DNA of 63,896 nucleotides, the filler included, from an uncultured Myxococcia bacterium (GTDB lineage: Bacteria > CAZTWC01): the NCBI GenBank assembly GCA_964617105.1. It is 4 parts of 4 records of this genome, joined end to end, with 100 filler letters (N's around TTAATTAATTAA, not from the genome) between each part and the next. Parts side by side here need not be neighbours in the genome. Positions count along the whole stretch, not along the records: positions 16,711 to 33,315 come from CAZTWC010000058.1; positions 33,416 to 49,822 come from CAZTWC010000060.1; 2 more parts are not named here. The stretch is one strand, 5' to 3'. The notes beneath the pieces are model-generated. The model did not search any database. It was not told the DNA's origin and saw nothing but the letters and a program-made list of their open reading frames with translations. Shown in pieces: positions 29,045-40,068 of the stretch (positions are counted from its first letter, which is position 1; every line of letters starts with the position of its first letter). The position numbers and the translations under genes were made by a program.

Positions 29045-30370
29045 ATGACTCAATCTAAAATTCAAAACCGGGAAATTTCTCAACAGTTGCTCCAAAGAGA
29101 GAAACCCATTCTTTCACCTGGGATCCAAAATATCTCCATCCTGGCTCAGATGGCCCTTGAAAAAGGGGAGGGAGCGATTTTACAGGATGTGGAAGGCAAC
29201 CGGATCATCGACTTTTTCGCCGGGGTAGGAGTAGCCAGCGTGGGGCACGGTCATCCGCACCTGGCCAAAATGATTTCAGAGCAGGCTTCTCGATTTATGG
29301 CCACCAGTTTTTGCAGTTCCAGCCGGGTGGAATATCTGGAAGCCCTGGCTGAAATTCTGCCGGAAAAAACTAGACGGGTACAACTCTATTCCAGCGGCGC
29401 CGAAGCGGTTGAAGCCGCCTTGCGTCTGGCTCGTTGTTATACCAAAAAATACGAAGTAATCTCTTTTTGGGGTGGTTTCCACGGTAAAACCGCCGGGGTA
29501 TTACCTTTGATGGGCAGCAATTTCAAGCACCAGTTAGGTCCCCAGGGGATTGGCTGCCATATTATGCCCAATGCCGACTGCTCCCAGTGTCCCTTTAAAT
29601 TGGAGTATCCTGATTGCGGCCTCTTGTGCGCTCAGTTCGTGGAAGATGCCATTAAAAGGCAGACTTTCGGCAGTCTGGCCGCCATTATTGTAGAACCAAT
29701 CCAGGGCACTGAAGGCAATATAGTTCCCCCGGATGGATATCTGCCCGCTCTGGCCGAGATTGCCCGCCGCCATGATATGGTATTTATCCTGGATGAAATG
29801 ATCACCGGTTTTGGACGCACAGGAAAGATGTTTGGCCACCAACACTTTGATGTAACCCCAGATATTATGACTTTGGGCAAAGGTATGGGCGCCGGTTTTC
29901 CGGTAACAGGCCTGGTTTCCAGTGAGGATATTGTCAATGCCAAACCCTTTTCCAATCCATCTTTCTCCTCCTCCAGCTACGGCGGTAATCCATTAGCCTG
30001 TGCCGCAGGTAAAGGGGTATTGGATATTATTCAAAAACAGGATTTGGTGGCCAACTCAAAAACTATGGGCGATAGGATTCTATCCAGTCTTAAAGAGATG
30101 AAAAACAGATTCCCCTTTATTGGTCGCATCCAGGGCAAAGGATTGATGATTGGCGTTGATTTGGTAGAAGATCAACAAACCGGAAAACTAGCCTCCTCGA
30201 AAAAATGTCAGTGGCTGTTTAAACAGACCATAAAAAGAGGACTTTTAACTATGAACTATACCCCCAGGTGGAGAATTAATCCTCCCCTGGTAATCAATGA
30301 ATCTCAAGTGGACAGAGGGTTGGAAATAATAGAGGAAGTGTTTGATTCATTTAAATTAAAATTTTTTTAA
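29045..30370 (+). CDS. Class III PLP aminotransferase
   Basis: SSGAEAVEAALR, GFHGKT, EPIQGTEG, DEMITGFGRTG, DIMTLGKG, YGGNP. Confidence 0.92.
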   Translation: MTQSKIQNREISQQLLQREKPILSPGIQNISILAQMALEKGEGAILQDVEGNRIIDFFAGVGVASVGHGHPHLAKMISEQASRFMATSFCSSSRVEYLEALAEILPEKTRRVQLYSSGAEAVEAALRLARCYTKKYEVISFWGGFHGKTAGVLPLMGSNFKHQLGPQGIGCHIMPNADCSQCPFKLEYPDCGLLCAQFVEDAIKRQTFGSLAAIIVEPIQGTEGNIVPPDGYLPALAEIARRHDMVFILDEMITGFGRTGKMFGHQHFDVTPDIMTLGKGMGAGFPVTGLVSSEDIVNAKPFSNPSFSSSSYGGNPLACAAGKGVLDIIQKQDLVANSKTMGDRILSSLKEMKNRFPFIGRIQGKGLMIGVDLVEDQQTGKLASSKKCQWLFKQTIKRGLLTMNYTPRWRINPPLVINESQVDRGLEIIEEVFDSFKLKFF

Positions 30371-30431
30371 TGCGTGATGGTGGAGCGGGTAGTTGGTCAA
30401 AATACCAGCAATAACCTTTCAGGAGAAAACC

Positions 30432-31568
30432 ATGAAATCGACAAAAATTAACAAAAAAATGCGCGGCGCTATTATCGGTTACGGCTCTATTGCCCAACGA
30501 GGACATGCACCAGCCTACCGTAAAATGGAAGACGTGGAAATTGTAGCCGTGGCAGATATTCAAATGTCCAGATTAAAAGCCGCCCGAGAAGATTTTGGCG
30601 ACATCAATTGCTATGTGGATTATAAAGAATTACTGGTAGCAGAGGAGTTGGATTTTGTGGATATCGCCACCTCGCCTCATGTTCATGGCTCCATCTCTAT
30701 GACAGCCAACAATCTGGGAATTCATGTACTCTGTGAAAAACCTATTACTACCTCCACTTATGAAGCCAAACGGGTAATTAATAACGCCCTGAAAAACCAG
30801 GTCGTCTTTTTTCCCTGCCACAACTACAAACACGCCCCCATTATTAAGGCTGCCACCAAACTGATCAGAGAAGGCGCCATTGGTAATGTCAGCCAGATTA
30901 CCATGCAGACTTTCAGGACCGATCATGCCCACGGAACTCCCGACTGGATCCCTGATTGGCGGCGGACCAGAAAATATTCCGGAGGTGGAATCGGTATGGA
31001 TCACGGTAGCCACAGCCTCTATTTGGCTTTTATGTGGATGGGACATTTTCCCGACTCTCTCACCTGCCACGCCTTTCGTAAAAACAAGAAATACGATGTA
31101 GAAGACAATGTTATGGCCACTCTGGAGTTTGAAAACGGCACCACTAACCTGATGCTCACCTGGACCGCCGGCTCCCGAAAAGTTATGTATAGTATCCAGG
31201 GCGACAAGGGCTCCATTTATGTGAATGAAGATAAAATGGAACTGGTGCAAAACGGCCGCAGCAAGTTAGTTGATATCCGCTCCGATTTTGACGACTCCTC
31301 TCACACCACCTGGTTTACCTCACTGTTCCACGAATTCCAGAATGCTATCGACAAAGAGATAACCATCAATCCTCATGTGATAGAAGCCTATATGTGCGTA
31401 CAAACCATCGAAAAGATGTATGAATCTGCGTACAACCACTGTGAAGATACTACCGTTCCCATGCCTTACTTCTCCATACCTGAACAAAAAATCCATTGGG
31501 ATTTAGAACCACAGTTGTTGCCAGATATAGACAATGTCAAGGAGCACAGCAATAACCTGAGTATTTGA
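30432..31568 (+). CDS. Gfo/Idh/MocA family oxidoreductase
   Basis: IIGYGSIA, HVLCEKP, SGGGIGMDHGSH. Confidence 0.9.
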   Translation: MKSTKINKKMRGAIIGYGSIAQRGHAPAYRKMEDVEIVAVADIQMSRLKAAREDFGDINCYVDYKELLVAEELDFVDIATSPHVHGSISMTANNLGIHVLCEKPITTSTYEAKRVINNALKNQVVFFPCHNYKHAPIIKAATKLIREGAIGNVSQITMQTFRTDHAHGTPDWIPDWRRTRKYSGGGIGMDHGSHSLYLAFMWMGHFPDSLTCHAFRKNKKYDVEDNVMATLEFENGTTNLMLTWTAGSRKVMYSIQGDKGSIYVNEDKMELVQNGRSKLVDIRSDFDDSSHTTWFTSLFHEFQNAIDKEITINPHVIEAYMCVQTIEKMYESAYNHCEDTTVPMPYFSIPEQKIHWDLEPQLLPDIDNVKEHSNNLSI

Positions 31569-31570
31569 TC

Positions 31571-33031
31571 ATGCCAACTACCGTTGTTATCGATTTCCGT
31601 GGAATCAACCGGCCACTGTTAGACACCAATAAAAACCAGCGAGATTACAAGGGATTGGAAAAAGTTTGTGGCCTATCCCTTTTGATCAGAAATCTACTGC
31701 TCTTTCAACGAAAAGGTTACCAATCTTTTCTGCTGCTGGCTGGAAAAGAGAGTATAGACTTACTGCAAAAAGAACTATTGGAAACCAATTCTCCATATCC
31801 CCCGGTCCAGATTATAGAATCTAATGGAGAAGACCTCTATTTTCTAAAAGATCATTTCGACCAAACAAAAGATAAACCGGTCCAGAACTCTTTTCTCTAC
31901 TGGCCGGGAGCCTTGACTTTCGGTCGTTTTTTACCCGATTTCGTCCAACAATCGAATATAGATCTGGTTTCAGCGCTGGTTGGAAATAGTTCAGAAGACT
32001 ATTTCCCCATTGGTGATCTTGGCCTCCAAAATGGTGAAAAATTTACCGGGGCCTTTATTGCTTCCATAGATAAATTTACCCCAGAAATAAACTCACCCCA
32101 AAAATTACTCCTTCATTACGGTAATCAGAACCAATTGCAGTTAATTTCCGAAAAAGAGAAAACCTGGCAAATACTTTTTCGCCACCAGCAGCGTGAAGTT
32201 GCAGAAAAAGAGTTGCTCTTTTCCCTGCGCAAGCCTGCCGATGGACTTACCGCCAGATATGACCGCCACATCTCTTTATATTTCAGCAAAAAAATAATGC
32301 ACACCAATCTCTCCCCCAATTTCTTTACTATATTTTCACTGGGGCTGGGAATACTGGCAGGTATAATCGCCTCTTTCGGCGGTTATTTCTATATGCTGAT
32401 CGGGGCTTTGCTCTTTCAAACAAATTCGATTTTAGACGGCATAGACGGCGAGATAGCCAGAGCCAAACTATTGGAGTCAAAATTGGGTGAATGGTTGGAT
32501 ACCATCGGCGATGATCTGTCCAACCTGGTATTTTTAGTTTTACTCAATGTGGGACTCAGCAAAACCATCACCTGGCTGCCGCCGGAACTATTCATTGTAC
32601 TTGCCTGGGTAACCGGTATCTGTTTTACTTTTGGACAATTGCAACAGTATTCTTTTGTTCACTTTACCCTTGGGTCTGGAGATATCAATAGTTTCGTGCT
32701 GCCCCATGTTTATTTTGATCAGCAAAACAATTCTGAAAAAACTACAAATTCAACTCAATTCAGCCAAAATGAAAATGTAAATGACCTAAAAACCCTAACA
32801 GAAGGAAATATGGGGTGGAAAAATTCATCTGGTATTGATAGAATACTTTTTTACCTTAAATATTTAGTTAAAAGGGACACTTTCACCCTGGCTATCACAA
32901 TTTTGGCAATAGTGGGACAACTCTGGTTGGTGGCCCTGGGCGGCGCCGTGGCAGCGGTTTGTGTTTTCGCAGTTATCTCCTTCTCAAACCTGTTGGCCTT
33001 GCGAACCCGATATAGACGTTTAAAAGTTTAA
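31571..33031 (+). CDS. CDP-alcohol phosphotransferase with degenerate N-terminal nucleotidyltransferase-like domain
   Basis: SPNFFT and DGIDGEIARAKLLESKLGEWLDTIGD signature; N-terminal VCGLSLLIRNL. Confidence 0.85.
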   Translation: MPTTVVIDFRGINRPLLDTNKNQRDYKGLEKVCGLSLLIRNLLLFQRKGYQSFLLLAGKESIDLLQKELLETNSPYPPVQIIESNGEDLYFLKDHFDQTKDKPVQNSFLYWPGALTFGRFLPDFVQQSNIDLVSALVGNSSEDYFPIGDLGLQNGEKFTGAFIASIDKFTPEINSPQKLLLHYGNQNQLQLISEKEKTWQILFRHQQREVAEKELLFSLRKPADGLTARYDRHISLYFSKKIMHTNLSPNFFTIFSLGLGILAGIIASFGGYFYMLIGALLFQTNSILDGIDGEIARAKLLESKLGEWLDTIGDDLSNLVFLVLLNVGLSKTITWLPPELFIVLAWVTGICFTFGQLQQYSFVHFTLGSGDINSFVLPHVYFDQQNNSEKTTNSTQFSQNENVNDLKTLTEGNMGWKNSSGIDRILFYLKYLVKRDTFTLAITILAIVGQLWLVALGGAVAAVCVFAVISFSNLLALRTRYRRLKV

Positions 33032-33089
33032 ACCTATCGGCAGAGCCCAATTAACTGGCAATAAACCTTGACCCTGTAGATAGGTAATT

Positions 33090-33315
33090 ATGACTAAAGC
33101 TATTTTGTTCGACTATGGTGGAACCCTGGATTCAGAGGGATGGCACTGGTCCAGCCAATTTTTTCAGGCTATCACCAAATATCTTCCCAACCTGGAAAGA
33201 AAAGTTGTAGATAGGGCATTTCTCCAGGCAGATGGTGAACTCTACAATGAACCGGAAGTAGTTTCATTTGGACTTTTTGCCCATATCAAACGCCATTGGG
33301 AAATAATGGCTTCCA
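33090..33315 (+). CDS. HAD family hydrolase, 3'-truncated
   Basis: AILFDYGGTLDSEG motif I; runs into the contig end. Confidence 0.75.
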
Positions 33316-33415
33316 NNNNNNNNNNNNNNNNNNNNNNNNNNNNNNNNNNNNNNNNNNNNTTAATTAATTAANNNNNNNNNNNNNNNNNNNNNNNNNNNNN
33401 NNNNNNNNNNNNNNN
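33316..33415. other. Artificial contig linker
   Basis: N44-TTAATTAATTAA-N44. Confidence 0.97.
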
Positions 33416-35378
33416 CACCGATTTCGTCAATGGGATACTGTCGGTGTTGAACCATTACCGATTCTAAACGTTCCCGGCCAAAATAATCTTCATTTTGGTC
33501 AACCACCTCGATTATTCCATCCGAATAAAACAATACCTTATCACCTGGTTGCAGTTCCATGCTATATTCTTCATACTTGGCCTCAGCGAATATTCCAATG
33601 GGTAGGCCACCACCTTCCAGCCTTTTGACATCANNNNNNNNNNNNNNNNNNNNNNNNNNNNNNNNNNNNNNNNNNNNNNNNNNTGGAGGAGGATGACCGG
33701 CATTGGTCCAGGTCAACCTCCGGGTATTTTCATTATATACCGCATAAAATCCGGTTATAAAGTCGTCGGTAATAATGGTTTGGCACAGATCTTTATTTAA
33801 CAGATTAATCACTTCGGTGGGTGGTAAATTCTGTTTACTTTGGTAATGAAAAGACATCTTCAGCATAGCGGTAATAAAAGTAGCGGAAAATCCGTGTCCC
33901 GATACATCGGCGGACAAGATTCCCCAATCACCATTGCCCAACTGTATTACATCATAATAATCGCCCCCCAGGTAGTAGGAGGGGATATACTTTGAATATA
34001 GGTTGGCGTTTTTAATATTGGAAAAATGGGTGGGGATCAATCCTCGCTGGATGGCGGCTGCAGTTTCCAGGTCATCCATAATTTGCTGGTTTAAATGGGC
34101 TAAAGATTTGTTTTTTTGTATAATGGTTTTTTGCAGGGACACCAGCCTCAATCCGGTTTGGACTCTGGCATTCAATTCTTTGATATTGAAAGGTTTAGTT
34201 ATGTAGTCATCAGCCCCCATTTCAAAGCCTGACATTTTATCTTCAACGCTGCGTTGTGAAGTAAGTAAGATAAAATATGTTTCATCACCAATTTTTGAGT
34301 TTTTGACCATACGGCACAATTTTAAGCCGTCTATTTTGGGCATAACCACGTCTGAAAGCACCAGGTCGGGTTTGTATTCTTTTATTTTGGTAAGTCCATC
34401 GGCGCCATCGATAGCCTCAAAAACAGAGTATCCTTCGGTATTCATGGCGGCGATAACTTTTTCCCTTATCCCTCTTGAATCATCAATGACCAGAATTTTC
34501 AGGTCGTGTTTTTCAATATTAAGATCCTGATTCTTGCTTGATCTTGGTTTAGGTGCATTATCTAGTTTTTTTATCAGGGTTGCTTCGTTACCAATTTCAT
34601 TAAAGAGTAATTGATCCATAAAAGTCATGGCTAAAAACAGTCCGCGGCCTTTTTTTTCTCCTCCTATCCTTTTTCCACCAAATTCGGGTGTTTTACTGTG
34701 CTTAAATCCTTTTCCCTGGTCAGAAATGGTGCATGTGAAGGATTTGTATTTATACTCCGCATCTATGGTGACCTTTTTAGTGTGGTCATTCTGGTTGCCG
34801 TGCACAATGGCATTATTCAAAACAGCCTGGATGGCCATTCTCATTTTTTGCACCTCGTTTTCCTGGCAAATTTCCAGTTTGGTCATGTGCTGAACCAGGT
34901 ATTGAGATATTTCTGGAACCAGCTCTACTTTCGAGGGGATCTCCAGGTGGCGTTTATCATGGATAAAAGGTGAAACCAGTTTCATCCTCTCTGCGGTAAG
35001 GCGTTTCTCCAGAGAATTTTTAACTAGTGCGCTGAGTTCCCCTTTTTCAAAGGGTTTGACGAGAAAACTATCAGCGCCATTATTCAGGCAAGATATCATG
35101 GTATCAACTGCGGTTTGTTTTGAGGTCATAATCACCGGTAGGTCATTTCTGATTTTTTTCGCTCTTTTGAGTATTTGCAAACCGTCCTTTTCGTGCAAGT
35201 CAATATCGCATATCATCAATTCAAAATTTTCCGCCAGTAGTAAATCGCTAGCGTATTTGGAATTGTCCGATACAATTACCTTAAAACCCTCTTCTTCAAG
35301 TGCCTCTTTAAAATAATCACACCAATAGACTTCGCTATCTACCACAAATATTGTATACTTTTTATTTTCCAATTTCAT
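33416..35378 (-). CDS. REC-HATPase(RsbW-like)-REC-PP2C(SpoIIE) multidomain protein, 3'-truncated
   Basis: Two receivers (ICDID, LSDVVMP), NAIVHGN/ISDQGKGF/GRGLFL, GGDYY/ADVSGHG/NAGHP/YSDGI. Confidence 0.85.
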
Positions 35379-37114
35379 TGAAAGTCCTTTAATATCAATT
35401 GAACTTTTTTATTTCCTTTCCAGGTATTTATTTGCGGAGAAAAAACCATTGCCCGGGAATTGGTGATGGCTGTTTTTCTATTGCCCATGCTAAAGCCAAT
35501 CCCATCAATAGTAATTGCTCTTTGCCGGTTTTCCTGTTCTTGAAATAATGAGAATTTTAAGTGGTTGTTATTGAGATTATAGATATCTCCTACTTTGACA
35601 CCTTTTACCATAACCAGTGGATTCCGGTTACCAACACCATGAGGCTCCAACCTGGCTAATTCATCCATCCTGTCCATGCTCAAATCTTCCAGTTTTACCA
35701 GAGCATCGATTTCCAGGCTTGGCACCATCTCTTGACGTTTAATCTGAGTCGAGATAGTCAGGTCGAAACTTTGCCGAAATTGCTGGAACATCTCCATTTT
35801 GATGCTTAAACCCGCGGCAATTTCATGTCCGCCAAATTTAATCAGCAAATCGGAACATTGGCTTAATCCTTTATAGAGATCTATCCCCTTTATTCCTCTG
35901 GCAGAGCCCCGGCCAAGTTCATCTTCTTCAGAGATCAATACTGTAGGGAGGTAAAACTTGTCAACCAATTTAGAGGCAGCAATACCAACTATTCCCTGGT
36001 GCCATTTAGAGGAAGCCATAACCAGTGAATGACCCTCCAGCCAATGTGCATTTTTCTCAATTATAGCCATTGCATCTTCAACAATCAACCGCTCCGCATC
36101 TTGCCTTTTTTTATTGTAATCATCCAGATGAAGGGCTATCTGGTTAGCGGTTTCAGCATTATCACTAATGAGCAACTCTACCGCTAAATTTGCCTCGGCC
36201 ATCCTGCCAGCCGCATTTATTCGCGGAGCCAACCGAAAACTTACCTGACCGGCGGTTAGAGCATCTTCCCGTAAATTGGTGATCTCTTTTAAGGCTACAA
36301 TTCCGGGACGTTGGCTTTTACTCAACTCAATCAGGCCGAATTTGGCCAGAATCCGGTTTTGTCCGCGCAAAGGAACCATATCGGCAATAGTGCCCAGGGC
36401 AACCAAATCCAGGTATTTTTTCAGGTTTGGCGGGTTTCTATCCTGGAAAAAATTCTGTTGAAAAAGAAAACGGCGTAAAGCCTGCAGAAGGTTGAAAACC
36501 AATCCCACGGCCGCGTAATTTTTAAACTGACTGTTACAACCCGATTGCAAAGGATGAATAATAGCCTCGGCTCTTGGGGTTTGATCTATCTGGTGATGAT
36601 CAATAATAATCAAATCGAGGTTGTTTTCATACAGGTATTGGCTCTCTTTAATACTGGAAATACCATTGTCAACCGTAATCACCAGTCCTTTGCCCATGCG
36701 GGATTTAATTTTATCTATGGCTTGATTGCTGAGTCCGTAACCTTCCTTAAAACGGGAAGGGATATAGTATTCCACCCGGGCTCCGAGGTTTTTTAAAAAC
36801 AGATAGAGGCAAACCACCGAGGTTACCCCGTCTGCATCGTAGTCACCATATATAGTGATTGGTTCCTGATAACGCAGGGCTCGGTGTATCCTAACCACTG
36901 CTCTGTCCATATCTTTAAAGGAAAAGGGATCAATCAGGTCATCCAGGGAAACATTGAGAAAACTGTTGATTATCTCTTCACTGGCCATTTGACGGTTTAA
37001 CAGGAGTTGAGTCATCAGTGGGGAAAGTCCAAATTTTTTAGACAGAGAATCTACTTGAGTTGTATTTTTAGGGGCCACAGACCATTTTTTTGGGAGATTT
37101 ATTTCAGCAGTCAA
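35375..37114 (-). CDS. recJ: ssDNA exonuclease RecJ
   Basis: YGDYDADG, ITVDNG, IDHH, LGTIADMVPL, PRINAAGR, GSARG, FGGH..AAG. Confidence 0.96.
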   Translation of the reverse strand: MTAEINLPKKWSVAPKNTTQVDSLSKKFGLSPLMTQLLLNRQMASEEIINSFLNVSLDDLIDPFSFKDMDRAVVRIHRALRYQEPITIYGDYDADGVTSVVCLYLFLKNLGARVEYYIPSRFKEGYGLSNQAIDKIKSRMGKGLVITVDNGISSIKESQYLYENNLDLIIIDHHQIDQTPRAEAIIHPLQSGCNSQFKNYAAVGLVFNLLQALRRFLFQQNFFQDRNPPNLKKYLDLVALGTIADMVPLRGQNRILAKFGLIELSKSQRPGIVALKEITNLREDALTAGQVSFRLAPRINAAGRMAEANLAVELLISDNAETANQIALHLDDYNKKRQDAERLIVEDAMAIIEKNAHWLEGHSLVMASSKWHQGIVGIAASKLVDKFYLPTVLISEEDELGRGSARGIKGIDLYKGLSQCSDLLIKFGGHEIAAGLSIKMEMFQQFRQSFDLTISTQIKRQEMVPSLEIDALVKLEDLSMDRMDELARLEPHGVGNRNPLVMVKGVKVGDIYNLNNNHLKFSLFQEQENRQRAITIDGIGFSMGNRKTAITNSRAMVFSPQINTWKGNKKVQLILKDFQ

Positions 37115-37153
37115 TGTCTTGCCCGTATCCTTAAATTAATTCTTGGTAAACTA

Positions 37154-38290
37154 TCATTTGGCGATTCCAAATCTCCGGCGAAAAAAGATATAGACTGGAC
37201 TGGCAATAAAAATAGATGAATAGGTTCCCACCAATACACCGATTAACAATGCCATAGAGAAATCGTGAATAATACTACCGCCGAACATTAGCAGTGCTGT
37301 AACCACAAGCAGGGTGGTTACAGAGGTCAGCAGGGTGCGGCTGAGAGTTTGGTTTACGCTGGTATTTACCATTTTTTCCAGGGTGTCGTTTTTGTATTTG
37401 ACAGTATTGTCCCTAATTCGATCAAAAAGAACCACGGTATCGTTAAGAGAATAACCAACAATTGTAAGCAGAGCGGCAATAATAGGTAAATCGAACTCCT
37501 TGCCGATGATAATAAAAATCCCTACTGTGATCAGCACATCATGAACCAGTGCCGCGACAGCACCAGGAGCAAAAAAAGCATCAAAACGGAAGGCTATATA
37601 GAGCAGAATAAAAAACAGGGTTGCCAAAATGGCCAGTATACCATCGTCCCGCAACTGCGCTCCAACCTTTGGTCCTACGAATTCCACCCGTTCAATACTA
37701 ATGGTGGTGTCTTTAAATAAGGTTTTTAATTGTTTTTCTATAAAGGAGGCTACGCCCATAGGGGCGATTTGGAACTCTTGCATGGCTACGGTTCCAAATT
37801 CTTTGATGTCTGAGTTTTCGATGCCGGCAGAGGTCAACAATTCATCCATTTTAGTAGGGTCAATTTTTTCCATCCCATCCTTGAATCGGATGGAAAAAAA
37901 ATTGTTGTTCGGATTGAAAATGTAGCGTTCGATATTTTCGTTCCCATAGGTTTTATAGAGGTTATCTTTAAAACTATCCGCCATCTTGCCGGTGGTTAAG
38001 GTGGTTTCCGAAACCTTAACCAGAATCTCGAATCCCTCTTCGTCTCCAAAATTTTGCACATCCGGGGCAATAAAGTTCATTTGCTCCAATTCACTTCTGA
38101 TCCTGCCCACTTCAACCTTTTTTCCGAATTTAACCTGGATCATGGTGCCGCCACGAAAATCGGTGCCTAATTTTGGACCGATCACTATAGCAATGATAAT
38201 GCTCAAAAAAACCAGGCTGCTCGATACAATTAAAAACTGTTTCCGGCGGCCGATAAAATTAATATTTATGTTTTGGGGAACTATCCTCAT
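37154..38290 (-). CDS. secF: Protein translocase subunit SecF
   Basis: GTDFRGG, VGPKVG, ALVHDV, GYSLNDTVVLFDRIR, GTYSSIFIASP. Confidence 0.96.
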   Translation of the reverse strand: MRIVPQNININFIGRRKQFLIVSSSLVFLSIIIAIVIGPKLGTDFRGGTMIQVKFGKKVEVGRIRSELEQMNFIAPDVQNFGDEEGFEILVKVSETTLTTGKMADSFKDNLYKTYGNENIERYIFNPNNNFFSIRFKDGMEKIDPTKMDELLTSAGIENSDIKEFGTVAMQEFQIAPMGVASFIEKQLKTLFKDTTISIERVEFVGPKVGAQLRDDGILAILATLFFILLYIAFRFDAFFAPGAVAALVHDVLITVGIFIIIGKEFDLPIIAALLTIVGYSLNDTVVLFDRIRDNTVKYKNDTLEKMVNTSVNQTLSRTLLTSVTTLLVVTALLMFGGSIIHDFSMALLIGVLVGTYSSIFIASPVYIFFRRRFGIAK

Positions 38291-38312
38291 ATTATTAACT
38301 CCAGGATCCTAT

Positions 38313-40049
38313 TTATATGGATAAACGTTTTACTCTCTTAGACGAAGCGATTAACTCGAAGACCAGCCGGGTAACCACTAAAGCGGTAAACATAGAGGAG
38401 ATAATCCCTATACACAGGGTTACTGCAAATCCTCTAATGGGACCAGAACCGTATTGGTATAGCACTATGCCAGCAATCAAAGTGGTAATGTTAGCGTCAA
38501 AGATGGCGGTAAAGGCTTTGGAAAAACCATTGTTCACTACTGTTTGAGGCGGAGGCGGTTTGTCTGACCGCATCTCTTCTCTTAGTCTTTCAAAAATAAT
38601 CACATTGGCATCCACCGCCATACCCAGGGTCAATACGATACCAGCTAGTCCTGGCAAGGTGAGAGTGGCCTCGAAACCGGCCAAAATAGCCATGATGAAT
38701 ACCAGATTGAGAGCCAGTGCTAAATTGGCTATCATCCCGGCCATTTTGTAATAAATGACCATAAAGATTAGCACAATTATAGCACCAATCATAATTGATC
38801 TGGTGCCCTTCTCAATTGAATCCATCCCCAGGGTAGGTCCAACCGTCCTCTCCTCCAGAATTTCGATAGGAGCGGGAAGGGCGCCGGCTTTTAGGACAAT
38901 AGCCATGTCCTGGGCATCTTTTAACAATTCCTGGTAGGATTTTAAACTGCCCAAAGTGATTTGAGCCCGGCCATGGGGAATTCTCTCATTGATAACCGGG
39001 GCTGAATCGACAATGCCGTCCAGTACAATGGCCATTCGGCGTTTGACATTATCGCCGGTTACTTTGGCGAACAATTTGGAGCCGGCTTTGTCAAATTCGA
39101 GGCTGACATAGGGTTGATTGCGTTCCTGATTGATTAAGACTTCAGCGTTAACCAGGTAGTCGCCGGTAAGGTCTGCCCGGTTTTTAAAAATATAGGTGCG
39201 GTAAGAGACTTTAAGATTTTTCTCTTCCTTTTGGTATGCTACTTGATGGGTATCAGGAATTTTGTCTTTTAGGAAATCTTGAATGGCCTTTTTATCGGTT
39301 CCTTGTAAAAAGGCTTCAGTTATCTGGCGATCATCCTTGCCACTATAAGTGTAATAGTCTAATTTTATCCCTTTGGGCAACTCCTCTTTTTTTATTTTTT
39401 TAATAAAGTCAACTTCATCTTCAACAATCTTAAACTCCAATTGGGCGGTTCGACCCAGCAGGTTTTTGGCCCGATCAGGATCTTCCACACCTGGCAACTG
39501 CACCAGCACCTGGTTATCACCTCTCTTTTGTATAGTTGGCTCAGAAACCCCGAATTGGTCAATGCGGTTACGCAAAGTTTTAATAGTTTGTTCCACCGCG
39601 TTTTTGCTGATTTTATCAATAAACTCGGGAACCATAGAAACTATAACTTCCATTCCCCGGGTTAAATCGATTTGGAATCGGGAGTCTTGGTTGATTATTT
39701 CCGACTTAAACTTGTCTAAATTGTCCTGGTCAGGAAAGGTTAGGGAGAGTTTGCTCTGCCCCCTTTTGACCGTCACCTGGGAGAATTTAATTTTTTCAGC
39801 ATTGAGCACCTCTTTCATCTCGTTAACTGTGAGGTCTATTTTGTCACGCACAGCCTTGTCGATATCAACTCCCAACACCATATGGATTCCGCCTTGCAGA
39901 TCCAGTCCCAATTTGAACCCTTTATTGATTTTGTCTTTAAACCAAACCGGCATTTTGTCCGTCCCCATAATTGAAGGGAGTAGGTATACTATTGCCGCTA
40001 AAAACAGGACAACTATGGAAAAGGTTTTCCACCACCATTTTTTCGTCAT
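38313..40049 (-). CDS. secD: Protein translocase subunit SecD
   Basis: LGLDLQGG, RIDQFGVSEP, AGALPAP, GMAVDANVIIFER, DANITT. Confidence 0.96.
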   Translation of the reverse strand: MTKKWWWKTFSIVVLFLAAIVYLLPSIMGTDKMPVWFKDKINKGFKLGLDLQGGIHMVLGVDIDKAVRDKIDLTVNEMKEVLNAEKIKFSQVTVKRGQSKLSLTFPDQDNLDKFKSEIINQDSRFQIDLTRGMEVIVSMVPEFIDKISKNAVEQTIKTLRNRIDQFGVSEPTIQKRGDNQVLVQLPGVEDPDRAKNLLGRTAQLEFKIVEDEVDFIKKIKKEELPKGIKLDYYTYSGKDDRQITEAFLQGTDKKAIQDFLKDKIPDTHQVAYQKEEKNLKVSYRTYIFKNRADLTGDYLVNAEVLINQERNQPYVSLEFDKAGSKLFAKVTGDNVKRRMAIVLDGIVDSAPVINERIPHGRAQITLGSLKSYQELLKDAQDMAIVLKAGALPAPIEILEERTVGPTLGMDSIEKGTRSIMIGAIIVLIFMVIYYKMAGMIANLALALNLVFIMAILAGFEATLTLPGLAGIVLTLGMAVDANVIIFERLREEMRSDKPPPPQTVVNNGFSKAFTAIFDANITTLIAGIVLYQYGSGPIRGFAVTLCIGIISSMFTALVVTRLVFELIASSKRVKRLSI

Positions 40050-40068
40050 TAAATTCTCCTTGCAGATC

